DNA of 64,000 nucleotides from a bacterium. Lineage in GTDB: Bacteria; Hinthialibacterota; Hinthialibacteria; Hinthialibacterales; Hinthialibacteraceae. Below, one piece after another: positions 10,621 to 20,039 of the stretch. Below the pieces are notes generated by a model. The model was not told the origin of the DNA, ran no database searches, and was given only the letters and a program-made list of their open reading frames with translations. Every line of letters starts with the position of its first letter. Position 1 is the stretch's first letter. Location of the stretch: positions 12,390-76,389 of the forward strand of contig JBHGBC010000014.1 of assembly GCA_041946805.1 (NCBI GenBank). Direction: 5' to 3'. Position numbers and translations under genes: made by a program.

Positions 10621-11238
10621 ATGAACAGCTGCTCATTTACCTTGATAGAATTGCTGATCGTGGTGGCCATCATCGGGGTGTTGGCGGCGATCGCGGTCCC
10701 GAATTTCCTGAACGCGCGTGTCCGGTCGCAAATCGCCCGGGCCGAGGCCGATCTCTCGGCCCTCGACCACGCGCTGGAGATGTATCATTTGGACAATAAC
10801 GCCTACCCGCCCGACTGGCAGGACCAGAATCTTCCCGATGCCGGCAAGCGGCCCATCGGCGGGCGTTTTTCGTTTTCCCGGGTGAATTTGGCCATCATCG
10901 CGCATCACTATGAGTTGACCTCGCCCATCGCTTATATCAGCAGCCTGCCCCGCGACACCTTCGAAAGCCTGGAAAACAAGATGAACCAGCTGCCTCCCGA
11001 GTGGATCCACTCGTACTGGTACCTGCGTTGCGGACCCGCCCCGCCGCGCAGCCGGGTGGAGTTCGAGGTGTTCAACGGCCGGCGGTATGAAAGCCTTTCG
11101 TGGGTACTGTTCGGCCGCGGTCCGGATGGTGAGCGTCAACAAGACCAGCCGGGCGTGAGCGCCGCCGACTGGCTGCTGGCCTACGCGCCCTCCAACGGCC
11201 TCTACAGCCGCGGCGACCTGTACCGCATGGGGCATTGA
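10621..11238 (+). CDS. Prepilin-type N-terminal cleavage/methylation protein
   Basis: MNSCS|FTLIELLIVVAIIGVLAAIAVPNFLNA; LTSPIAY; GPDG; YAPSNGLYSRGD. Confidence 0.9.
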   Translation: MNSCSFTLIELLIVVAIIGVLAAIAVPNFLNARVRSQIARAEADLSALDHALEMYHLDNNAYPPDWQDQNLPDAGKRPIGGRFSFSRVNLAIIAHHYELTSPIAYISSLPRDTFESLENKMNQLPPEWIHSYWYLRCGPAPPRSRVEFEVFNGRRYESLSWVLFGRGPDGERQQDQPGVSAADWLLAYAPSNGLYSRGDLYRMGH

Positions 11239-11569
11239 TAGGCAGGATTGCATTTTGGACGCCATGCAGGATGAACCAGCGCGACGCGTAACGCCGATGG
11301 TTGCCCTCTCCCTTCGGGCTGATCTTCCCTCACCCCGGCCCTCTCCCAGAGGGAGAGGGAGAGGGAGTGGCAACAGAGAGGTGGCGGGCTGGATGAGTTA
11401 CGCGCCGGCGCGCCAATTCATCCACCTTTCACTTCTGAGTACAAATCAGCCTTTTGTGAGAGGGCCAGGGTGAGGGGATAATGGAGAGAGACTCGCGGAG
11501 CCTCACCACTCCAAATCCTCTGACATGCAACAAGATCGCTATCATTCCAACTAAAGGAGAGTATCCATA

Positions 11570-12667
11570 ATGAACCGCAATCGCCAAACCATCATGCACG
11601 CGGGAATGGCCTGTATTTTGGTATTGACTGTCTCCTTTCCCGCCTATTCCCAATCCGTGACGGTCACCACGCCGGAGGAACTGGCCGCGGCGGTCTCCGT
11701 GCCCAATAACGTCATTTATGTCGGAGAAGATTTGGTATTCGAGCCAGGCGGTGTCAACGTGCTGCCGTTCATCACGGGCAACAGCGTCGTGCTGGAGAGC
11801 GATCCGGCGGGGCCGGTCCGCACGATCACCCTGCTCGATTCCGCCAAGTGGGAGGGCGTCTTCGCGGACAACGTGACCGTCCGCCGCCTGCGTTTCGTGG
11901 CGAACGACACGGCCGCGCCCGCCGGCGAAGCCCCGTACGCGCCGGGATTTTTCATCGCCCTGTTCGGCAACACGCAAAACGACAATTCCAACCAGCCGGG
12001 GGGAGACCCGACCGTGATCGAACACGTGACCTTCGAGGATTGCGTCTTCACCGGATTCGGCGGCGCGGGCGAACCGGGCGCGATCGCCCGCATCGACCTG
12101 GACGCGGTCTCCATCACGTTCCGCCGCTGCTTCCTGGATTACACGGGCGGGCAAGCCGTTCTGCGCTACGGCCAATTCGGCGGCCAACCGGGCATGACCG
12201 GCCAGCTGGTGATCGACCAATGCACGGTGGTGGGCTATCCGGTCGAAACCCCGAACCAGCCGCTCTTGATCTCCCTGCAATCCCTGGCCGATTCGAGCGG
12301 CGAGGGCATCGAGGTGGAAATCACGAATTCCATCCTGATTCCCGGCGGCAACGTGGACCCCGCCGCGGGCTTCGCGCCGTTCGGTCCGGCCGCCTGCTGG
12401 GGACATGGAGACAAATTGCTGGCTTTCAAGGAAAACCACAATCTGCTGATCACCGGATCGGGGAACTTCGGCGGGGGCAATGAAAAAGTGGAAAGAGCGC
12501 CGGACGCCACGGACCTCGTCAACGTGGATCCGCAATTGACCGATATCACGGCCAAGAATTTCATCTTGCAACCCGGATCGCCCGCCATCGGCGCGGGCGC
12601 GGGCGGGATCAACATCGGCGCGGACCAAACCACCAAAACCGACGTGCCATCATGGTTGAAATATTGA
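11570..12667 (+). CDS. Secreted right-handed beta-helix (pectin-lyase-fold-like) protein
   Basis: AAGGAG RBS; signal peptide; repeated VTFEDCVF / ITFRRCF / VIDQCTV / EITNSIL rungs; DPQL..NFILQPGSPAIGAG cap. Confidence 0.7.
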   Translation: MNRNRQTIMHAGMACILVLTVSFPAYSQSVTVTTPEELAAAVSVPNNVIYVGEDLVFEPGGVNVLPFITGNSVVLESDPAGPVRTITLLDSAKWEGVFADNVTVRRLRFVANDTAAPAGEAPYAPGFFIALFGNTQNDNSNQPGGDPTVIEHVTFEDCVFTGFGGAGEPGAIARIDLDAVSITFRRCFLDYTGGQAVLRYGQFGGQPGMTGQLVIDQCTVVGYPVETPNQPLLISLQSLADSSGEGIEVEITNSILIPGGNVDPAAGFAPFGPAACWGHGDKLLAFKENHNLLITGSGNFGGGNEKVERAPDATDLVNVDPQLTDITAKNFILQPGSPAIGAGAGGINIGADQTTKTDVPSWLKY

Positions 12668-12724
12668 GACAAAGCGAATGTGGGGTGGATTGAGCGCAGC
12701 GAAACCCACCCAAATATCCTTCTC

Positions 12725-13366
12725 CTATACATCCCCCGCGGTGTAGCCCGAGCAATCATAAAAGCCGGTATACGGGTGTCCGTGTCCATAATTGCCGGGG
12801 ATGGGAGTCAGGAAATCGCCGTTGGAAACCAAGCCGTTGCTGGCTTCGTACCGGGCGGCGCTGGGCCGGGGGGAATCCAAATCCCCATCCGGACCGAAGC
12901 TCATGACGAAAAAAGCGGCGTTTTTGTTGGCCAGAAAATACTCCGGATCATTTTGGATGCCGTTTTCAAAACCATACGATTTGGTATTCCAGGCCATGGC
13001 CACTTCCGGGTGATACTGCCCCCAGGTGTTCTGCCACAACGTATCCGCTTTCGCCGTTTCCGATTGGGCGAAGGGATCCTCCGCCGAAATGTTCAAGTAC
13101 GCGACGGGCGTGGTGACGAAGCGATGCTGGGCGGGGCCGTCACAGTGGGGCGGCCAGGCGTTGCGGTCCAGGTAGTACATCTGGTACGCGTGGCTGACCG
13201 TGCGCATATCCGCCTGAACCCGGGAAGTCAGGGCCTTGAGCCGCGCGTTGAGGAAGTTGGGCACGGCGATCGCGGCCAGGATGCCGATGATGGCCACGAC
13301 AATCAGCAATTCAATCAAGGTGAACGCGCCCAGCCGGCGGTGCGGAGACTTCGGACGATTTTCCAC
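12725..13366 (-). CDS. Prepilin-type N-terminal cleavage/methylation protein
   Basis: GAGGAG RBS then GTG; RRLGA|FTLIELLIVVAIIGILAAIAVPNFLNA; VTTPVAY; DPF; GPDG; YEASNGLVSNGD. Confidence 0.9.
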   Translation of the reverse strand: MENRPKSPHRRLGAFTLIELLIVVAIIGILAAIAVPNFLNARLKALTSRVQADMRTVSHAYQMYYLDRNAWPPHCDGPAQHRFVTTPVAYLNISAEDPFAQSETAKADTLWQNTWGQYHPEVAMAWNTKSYGFENGIQNDPEYFLANKNAAFFVMSFGPDGDLDSPRPSAARYEASNGLVSNGDFLTPIPGNYGHGHPYTGFYDCSGYTAGDV

Positions 13367-13712
13367 AACCCGGGCTCCTCCCATCGATAGGATCATGGGC
13401 TCAACGCGTAGCGTAGCCCGCCAAAATCAAGAACTCACTTCCGGCCCTGAAAAGGGACGGGGGGGAGTAGCCCCCTGTTTCAAACCGGGGCATGACTCTC
13501 CATCATCCCGTACCTCTTGTCCATCCAGGCCATCCTGATTCAGACAATCCCCCCCGCTCTACTCCTCCCTCTCCTCCCGGGAGAGGGTTGGGGTGAGGGA
13601 AAACCTTTCGCCAACCATTCACCTCCCGATTTTACGCAACCACCTCCCACGTCCCATCCCCGCTCCGCGCCCGCCGCGTCGCCGCGGTGGATCCGTTTTC
13701 CCCAAAACCGCC

Positions 13713-14669
13713 TCAATGGCACTCGGCTTCCAGCGGGCCGGCCAGGTCTTTCAGGAAGAACAGGCGGCCGGGCTGCGTGGGCATGAAGGTCGAGGGGAAC
13801 CAGCGGTCGGGCCCGTAGCGCAACGTGATCCACAGGCTGGGGCCTTGCCATTGCATGCCGTTGGCAAACGCGCCGTCGCAACCGCCGATGATCTTGTCGG
13901 CCTTCAGGAAGAGGCCCGGCCCGATGGTATTGGCGAAGCACGAAATCAGCGTGTAGCGGCCCCGGAAGCTGGTCAGGGCGTTCTGCTCGATGGTGAGGGG
14001 ATGCAGGGGCGCGGCCAGCCGGTAGCACTGCTCCATCCAATCTTTTTCTGAAAACTCGCCCGCGTATTGCGGTTCCCAAAAGGCGATATGGCAAGCCCGG
14101 CCGATGCCGAAGACCACCACCAGCGCCGCTCCCGCCTGGCGCAGCGCGGCGATCTGCTCGGGATATTTCGGCAGATCGGTCTTGGTGGCGAAGTGGCGCT
14201 GAGCGGGAGGCACGGTGAGCTCACCCAACGGGCCGTAAAACGCCTCCTCCATCGCCTGCTGGAACGAACCGGCGGCGTCCGGGGCGAGCGTGTTGCCCTG
14301 CTGGTCGGACCATTCGTCCATATTGAATCCATGAAAATGATCACAGGGGATGTTCCAGGCTTTCAGGAAAAAGACGGCCCATTTGTACATGCCCATCGGG
14401 CCGACCGGCAGAATGAACACCACCTCGCGCTTCTGCTCCCGGTACGCGCGGATGGTTTGGGCGATTTCGAATCCCATCATCGTGTCGAAATCCTGGATCG
14501 ATTCGCAGCGGACGGGTTGGAAGTCCTTATGCCACCAGGGCTGCCGGTCCAAAATGGTCTCGGGCGGATTCGAACAGCAGCGGTCGATCTTCGCCAGGTC
14601 CCATCCCTTCGGGTAGAAATTTTCCAACAGGGAACCCTTGATCGTGGAGAGCATATTGATTGCAGCCAT
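13713..14669 (-). CDS. NagB/glucosamine-6-phosphate isomerase-like protein
   Basis: [16 protein letters not shown] and [13 protein letters not shown] match NagB-fold motifs (FNxDEY, GIGxxGHIAFNEP). Confidence 0.75.
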   Translation of the reverse strand: MAAINMLSTIKGSLLENFYPKGWDLAKIDRCCSNPPETILDRQPWWHKDFQPVRCESIQDFDTMMGFEIAQTIRAYREQKREVVFILPVGPMGMYKWAVFFLKAWNIPCDHFHGFNMDEWSDQQGNTLAPDAAGSFQQAMEEAFYGPLGELTVPPAQRHFATKTDLPKYPEQIAALRQAGAALVVVFGIGRACHIAFWEPQYAGEFSEKDWMEQCYRLAAPLHPLTIEQNALTSFRGRYTLISCFANTIGPGLFLKADKIIGGCDGAFANGMQWQGPSLWITLRYGPDRWFPSTFMPTQPGRLFFLKDLAGPLEAECH

Positions 14670-14784
14670 GATCTTCACCTTTCTTTCGATAGTGGACTAA
14701 TTATAACATAGTAGCGAATGGAGTCCGTTTCCTTTGTTTCACATTTCACCGCAAATTTGAAGCCTTCCAGGAGGAAAAACGTCA

Positions 14785-15810
14785 ATGGCTAAATACCGGG
14801 CAGCCGTGGTGGGGTGCGGATGGGTGTCGGGCGAGCATATCGCGGCCTACAAAAACAATCCGCTGACGGAAGTGGCGGCGTTGGTCTCGCTAACCGAGGA
14901 GGAGGCGCGGCGCAAGGCGGAGGAGTGCAAACTGAAAGTCCCCTGCTACGATTCCATCGAAAAAATGATGCAGCAGGAGGAGCCGGATATCGTCTCCATC
15001 ACCTCCATTCCGACGATGCATGTGGAGCATGGCCTCTGCGCGGTGGAGCACGGCGCGCAGCTGGTGATGGAAAAGCCGGTGGCCTTGTCGCGGGACGATC
15101 TGCGCCGCCTGACGCAAAGCGTGAAGCAACACGGGACCAAGTCGGTGGTGAGTTTCGTCCTGCGCTGGAATCCGCTGTTTTCGGTCATCCGCGCGCTGCT
15201 GGATGACGGCGCGGTGGGCGAATTGTTCTACGGCGAGGTGGATTACTACCACGGCATCGGCCCCTGGTACAAACAATACGAGTGGAACAAGACCAAGGCC
15301 GCGGGCGGAAACACGCTCCTCTCGGCCGGCTGTCACGCTCTGGACGCCCTGGTGTGGTTCATGGGCAGCCCGGTCACCGAAGTCTATTCCTGCGCGGCCC
15401 GTTCGAAGGCGGACATCTACATGGCCTACGAATACGCGCCCACCCTGGTCACTCTCTTCCAGTTCCAGAACGGCCTTTGCGGCAAGGTGACCAGCTGCAT
15501 CGAGGTCAAAGCCCCCTACATGTTCCCCATTCTGCTCTTGGGCTCGGAAGGGACCATCCGCAACAACCAGCTGTACTCGTCCAAGAAACTGCCTGGACAG
15601 ACGCACTTCGCCACGATTCCCACCATCCTCCCCGACAGCGGCGACGTCACCCACCATCCCTTCCAGGGGGAGATCGACCACTTCGTCGATTGCCTGGAGC
15701 GGGGCGTGGATTCCAGCGTGCCCATCGAGTCCGCGGCGAAGATCATGGAACTCTGCTACGCGGCCGAGGAATCGGCGCTTACGGGCCGCAGCGTCAAGAT
15801 CGAAGGATAG
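14785..15810 (+). CDS. Gfo/Idh/MocA family oxidoreductase
   Basis: VVGCGWVS Rossmann motif; MEKPVA; GCHALD; strong RBS. Confidence 0.9.
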   Translation: MAKYRAAVVGCGWVSGEHIAAYKNNPLTEVAALVSLTEEEARRKAEECKLKVPCYDSIEKMMQQEEPDIVSITSIPTMHVEHGLCAVEHGAQLVMEKPVALSRDDLRRLTQSVKQHGTKSVVSFVLRWNPLFSVIRALLDDGAVGELFYGEVDYYHGIGPWYKQYEWNKTKAAGGNTLLSAGCHALDALVWFMGSPVTEVYSCAARSKADIYMAYEYAPTLVTLFQFQNGLCGKVTSCIEVKAPYMFPILLLGSEGTIRNNQLYSSKKLPGQTHFATIPTILPDSGDVTHHPFQGEIDHFVDCLERGVDSSVPIESAAKIMELCYAAEESALTGRSVKIEG

Positions 15811-15821
15811 AAAGGCCGGAC

Positions 15822-16574
15822 ATGAAAATACTCGCGATTCACGCTCATCCGGACGATATCGAATTCCTGGCGGCGGGAACCCTGGCGCTGCTGAAAGAGC
15901 AGGGACACGAGATCGTCATGGCCACGGTGGCCAACGGCGACAAGGGCACGCCGGACAAACGCTGCGAGGAAATCGCCGTCATCCGCCGGGAGGAAGCGAA
16001 CCGCTCCGCCGCGCTGTTGGGCGTGGAGTACCACTGCCTCGAGTTTCCGGATTTCGAAATCTTCGACGACGACCGCTCGCGCCGCGCCGTGACCGAGCTC
16101 CTCCGGCGCGTCAATCCGGACTTCGTCCTCACCGCCTATCCCGAGGACTACATGGCCGACCACATCAACACTTCCGTGCTGGTGCGCAACGCCACGTTCG
16201 TGGGCGGACTCCGAAACTACTTCACGGGCCTGGCCCCGGTCATGAATCATATCCCCGCCCTCTATTACATGGATCCCCTCGAGGGCGTCGACACCCTGGG
16301 GCGCCGGATGCGGCCGGAATTCTGCATCGATATCTCCTCCACGCTGGGAATCAAGGAACAAATGCTGGCCGCGCACGCCTCGCAGCGCGAATGGCTCCGC
16401 AAACACCACGGCGTCGATCAATACCTGATCTCCATGAAGGAATGGGCCGCGGAACGGGGCAAGGAATTCGGATTTGCCTACGGCGAAGGCTTCGTCCAAC
16501 ACAAGGGGCACGCCTATCCCCGGGAGAACATCCTGGCCCGGCTGCTGCCCGCGGAGAAAGTGCGGATGACGTAA
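15822..16574 (+). CDS. PIG-L/LmbE family N-acetyl deacetylase
   Basis: AIHAHPDDIE, RREEA, DYMADH, AHASQ. The start is the internal ATG at 15822 of ORF 15282. Confidence 0.9.
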   Translation: MKILAIHAHPDDIEFLAAGTLALLKEQGHEIVMATVANGDKGTPDKRCEEIAVIRREEANRSAALLGVEYHCLEFPDFEIFDDDRSRRAVTELLRRVNPDFVLTAYPEDYMADHINTSVLVRNATFVGGLRNYFTGLAPVMNHIPALYYMDPLEGVDTLGRRMRPEFCIDISSTLGIKEQMLAAHASQREWLRKHHGVDQYLISMKEWAAERGKEFGFAYGEGFVQHKGHAYPRENILARLLPAEKVRMT

Positions 16575-16609
16575 CCCATCCTAAATACCTTGCACGTTGG
16601 ATGCTACGC

Positions 16610-16879
16610 ATGGCAGAAAGCCCAAAATCCCCTCCCCCTTCCCCGAATCCGCCCGGCGAGTTCCGGCCGGTGGAGGCGGAAATCGTGGAATGGCCGGATG
16701 GGACGCCGGCCCCCCTGGAGAAGGAATGGTCCGAAGGGCGGCGTCCGGCCGGCCTGCCCCCCCGGGTCATGTCCATGGAAATGCGCATGGAAGGCTGCGG
16801 GTGCGGGGGGTGCCTATACGCCGGATGCCTGGGGTTGATCCTGCTCGCGGCGGGATTGCTCATCGCCTGGCTGGTTTGA
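16610..16879 (+). CDS. Small hypothetical protein with C-terminal Gly/Cys-rich transmembrane helix
   Basis: MAESPKSPPP...GCGCGGCLYAGCLGLILLAAGLLIAWLV; fills the gap between genes. Confidence 0.55.
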   Translation: MAESPKSPPPSPNPPGEFRPVEAEIVEWPDGTPAPLEKEWSEGRRPAGLPPRVMSMEMRMEGCGCGGCLYAGCLGLILLAAGLLIAWLV

Positions 16880-17026
16880 GGGCGCCCGGCCGTCCTGTCC
16901 CCTCCCCTGCCCCCGCCGCGCGGGAACGGGCCTCACTCCCTCCGCCTTTCCCGCCCCGGGGATAAAAAACCACCGGGCCCGCTGGGCGGGCCCGGTTTGG
17001 TTCTGGCGAAAGAGATGGCCGGATGA

Positions 17027-18838
17027 TCAATGCGACGTGCTGCTCAGCACTTCCTCGACGGTGGTGAGGCCCTGCAGGACCTTTTCCCAGCCGTCCTCGC
17101 GCATGGTGCGCATCCCATCCTTGCGCGCCTGGCGGAAGATGACCGAACTGGAATCGCGGTTCAGAACCAGTTCTTTCGTGGCGTCGGAGAGGATCAGCAA
17201 CTCGAAAATCCCCGTCCGGCCCCGGTAACCGGTGTAGTTGCATTCCGAGCAGCCGCGCCCATGGAAGAAAGTGATGTTCTCCACGTCCTTGGGATTGTAC
17301 CCCAGTTCCTGGATGATCGCCGGATCGGGCTTGTAGGGTTCCTTGCAGTCCAGGCAGATGACCCGGATCAGGCGCTGGGCCACGACGCCGACCACCGCCG
17401 AGGTAATCAGGAAGGGTTCGACGTCCATATCGATGAGGCGGGTGAGGGTGCTGGGCGCGTCGTTGGTGTGCATGGTGGAGAGCACCATGTGCCCCGTGAG
17501 GGACGACTCGATGGCCATTTGCGCGGTTTCCAGGTCGCGGATTTCCCCCACCATGATGATGTCGGGGTCCTGGCGCAGGATGGCGCGCAGGCAGCGGGCG
17601 AAGGTCAGTCCCACGGCGTGGTTGATGTTGACCTGCACCACGCCGTCCATGTGGTATTCGACGGGGTTCTCGGTGGTGATCATCTTGAGCATGGGGCTGA
17701 AGATGCGGCGCAGGGAGGCGTACATGGTGGTGGTTTTGCCGCACCCGGTCGGGCCCGTGACCAATACGATGCCGTTGGGCCGTTTGATGATCTTGTCGAA
17801 GATTTCCAGGGTGTCGGGCAGCATCCCGATGTTTTCCAGGCCCAGTTCCATCATCTGGCTGTCGAGGATACGCATCACCACGCTTTCCCCGTTGACGGTG
17901 GGCAGCGAGGAGACGCGCAGTTCGACGTTGCGGTCGGCCATGGAGAGTTTGACGCGTCCGTCCTGGGGCAGACGGTGTTCGGCGATGTTGAGGCCGGCCA
18001 TGACCTTGAGACGGGAGATGATGGCGTTGGCCAGGTGGGGCGGCGGCGGCACGGTTTCGTGGAGGATGCCGTCCACGCGGTACCGGATGCGCAGGCTGCG
18101 CTCGAACGGCTCGACGTGGAGGTCAGAGGCGCGGTCCTTGATGGCCTGCAGGAGAATGAGGTTGACCAGTTTGACGATCGGCGCTTCGTGCACGATTTTC
18201 TCGAGGTTGCCGAAACTCTCGTCCTTGAAGTCGATCTGAAACTCCTGCGAATCCAGTTCGTGCAGGACATCATCCACCGATTCGCCGCCCGTGCCGTAGA
18301 ATTCCTCGATCGCGCTGTTGATCTCTTCCTCGGTGGCCACCACGCCCTTCACCTCGTGATCCAGCCAGATGCGCAGATCGTCGAGGGTTTGAACGTTCAG
18401 CGGGTCCGAGATGGCCAGCGTCAGGGTGTTGGTCTCTTCCTCCAGGGTCAGGGGAAAGACCTTGTATTGCCGGGCGAGATCGGGCGGAATCAGTTTGATG
18501 ATGGATTCATCGATCTGGTAATCGTTGAGTTTCACCATCTCCATGCCGACCTGGCTGGCCAGCACGGCGAGGAGATCCTCCTCCGTGGCGTAGGGGGTTT
18601 CCCGGGAGGACTCGCTCACCTGTTCCAATACGGCGTCGCGGACCGCCTGGCCGGCCTCGTCGGGGATGATGACGTTGGAACCGCGCTGGGTGTCGCGGAC
18701 CATGGCGGCGGATTCATTCTGGGCGGCTTGCTGGATCCGCTCCAGCCGTTCCTGTTCGGTTTCCGGGGGCGTTGCCACCGCGGCGGGCGCCGGGTCCCGC
18801 GGTTCGAGTTCCTTTTTCTTGCGTCCAAATCCTAACAT
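17027..18838 (-). CDS. pilB: Type IV pilus / T2SS extension ATPase (PilB/GspE family)
   Basis: ASDLHVEP, RLPQDGR, GPTGCGKTTT, LRQDPDIIMVGEIRD, CxxC...CxxC zinc site. Confidence 0.9.
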   Translation of the reverse strand: MLGFGRKKKELEPRDPAPAAVATPPETEQERLERIQQAAQNESAAMVRDTQRGSNVIIPDEAGQAVRDAVLEQVSESSRETPYATEEDLLAVLASQVGMEMVKLNDYQIDESIIKLIPPDLARQYKVFPLTLEEETNTLTLAISDPLNVQTLDDLRIWLDHEVKGVVATEEEINSAIEEFYGTGGESVDDVLHELDSQEFQIDFKDESFGNLEKIVHEAPIVKLVNLILLQAIKDRASDLHVEPFERSLRIRYRVDGILHETVPPPPHLANAIISRLKVMAGLNIAEHRLPQDGRVKLSMADRNVELRVSSLPTVNGESVVMRILDSQMMELGLENIGMLPDTLEIFDKIIKRPNGIVLVTGPTGCGKTTTMYASLRRIFSPMLKMITTENPVEYHMDGVVQVNINHAVGLTFARCLRAILRQDPDIIMVGEIRDLETAQMAIESSLTGHMVLSTMHTNDAPSTLTRLIDMDVEPFLITSAVVGVVAQRLIRVICLDCKEPYKPDPAIIQELGYNPKDVENITFFHGRGCSECNYTGYRGRTGIFELLILSDATKELVLNRDSSSVIFRQARKDGMRTMREDGWEKVLQGLTTVEEVLSSTSH

Positions 18839-18887
18839 GGCCTCATCCTTAGAAGGGAGCGGTTCCGGGCGGTCCCGGGATAGGGAA

Positions 18888-19973
18888 TCACGAGAACAAG
18901 ATTTTCTTGCGCATTTCGTCGGGTTCGTGGGCCCGTTCGATGCAGTCTTCGGGGGTGATGATGCCCCGCGTGTACAGGTTGTAGAGGAACATGTCCATGG
19001 TGATCATCCCCAGTTTGCCGCCCGTCTGGATGGCCGAGAGGATGCGGTTGGTCTTGCGTTCGCGGATGAGGTTGGCGATGGCCGGGGTCATGACCATGAT
19101 CTCGTAGGCGGCCACCCGCCCCTTGCCGCTGGCGCGCCCGAGAAGGGCCTGCGAGATGGAGGCGATCAGGGTGACCGAGAGCTGCATGCGGATTTGTTCC
19201 TGCTGGTTGGTGGGGAAAGCGTCGACGATCCGGTTGATGGTGGCGGAGGCGCTGTTGGTGTGCAGCGTGGCGAACACCAAGTGCCCCGTCTCGGCGGCGG
19301 TGATGGCCGCCTGCATGGTTTCCGTGTCGCGCATTTCCCCGACCAGGATCACGTCCGGGTCCTGGCGCAGGGCGGCGCGCAGGCCGTCGGCGAAGGAGCT
19401 CACGTCCACGTGCAGTTCGCGGTGGGTGACAATCGACTTGCGATGCGGGTGGAAGTACTCGATCGGGTCCTCGATGGTGATGATGTGCGTGTCCCGGTTG
19501 CGGTTGATGTAGTCCAGCATGGTGGCCAACGTGGTGGTCTTGCCGGACCCGGTGGGTCCGACCACCAGCACCAGCCCGCGGGGGCGGTGCAGCAGGTCCT
19601 TGGTGGCCTCCAGGGGCAGCCCCAGGTCCTCGAAGGAAAGGATGCGCGAAGGAATCAGGCGCATGACCATGCCGTATTTCCCCATGGTCCGGAATATGGA
19701 GACGCGGAACCGGGCCAGGTTCTGGAAGGCGTACCCGTAGTCGGCGCTGCCGATCTCGGAGATGGCCTCCCGGTGCATATCGGGGGATATGCTGTTCATG
19801 AGGTACTCGGTGTCCTCGGGCGTGAGCGGTTCGTTGCCCAGGTCCTCGAGGCGGCCATCGATGCGGATCACCGGGGGACGGCCCACGCGGAGATGCAGGT
19901 CGGAGGCGTCACGCTCAACGACGATCTTGAGCAGATCCTCCATCTGAATATGTTTTTTATGGATTTCAACCAC
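18888..19973 (-). CDS. pilT: Type IV pilus retraction ATPase PilT
   Basis: ASDLHL, GPTGSGKTTTLA, ITIEDPIEY, ALRQDPDVILVGEMRD, AIANLIRE (AIRNLIRE box). Confidence 0.93.
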   Translation of the reverse strand: MVEIHKKHIQMEDLLKIVVERDASDLHLRVGRPPVIRIDGRLEDLGNEPLTPEDTEYLMNSISPDMHREAISEIGSADYGYAFQNLARFRVSIFRTMGKYGMVMRLIPSRILSFEDLGLPLEATKDLLHRPRGLVLVVGPTGSGKTTTLATMLDYINRNRDTHIITIEDPIEYFHPHRKSIVTHRELHVDVSSFADGLRAALRQDPDVILVGEMRDTETMQAAITAAETGHLVFATLHTNSASATINRIVDAFPTNQQEQIRMQLSVTLIASISQALLGRASGKGRVAAYEIMVMTPAIANLIRERKTNRILSAIQTGGKLGMITMDMFLYNLYTRGIITPEDCIERAHEPDEMRKKILFS

Positions 19974-20039
19974 CTTCCCTAACTCCTTCTGCCTCTGAAA
20001 GTGATGCCCCGGGTATCCCGGCCGCGCGGCCCCGGCGGT

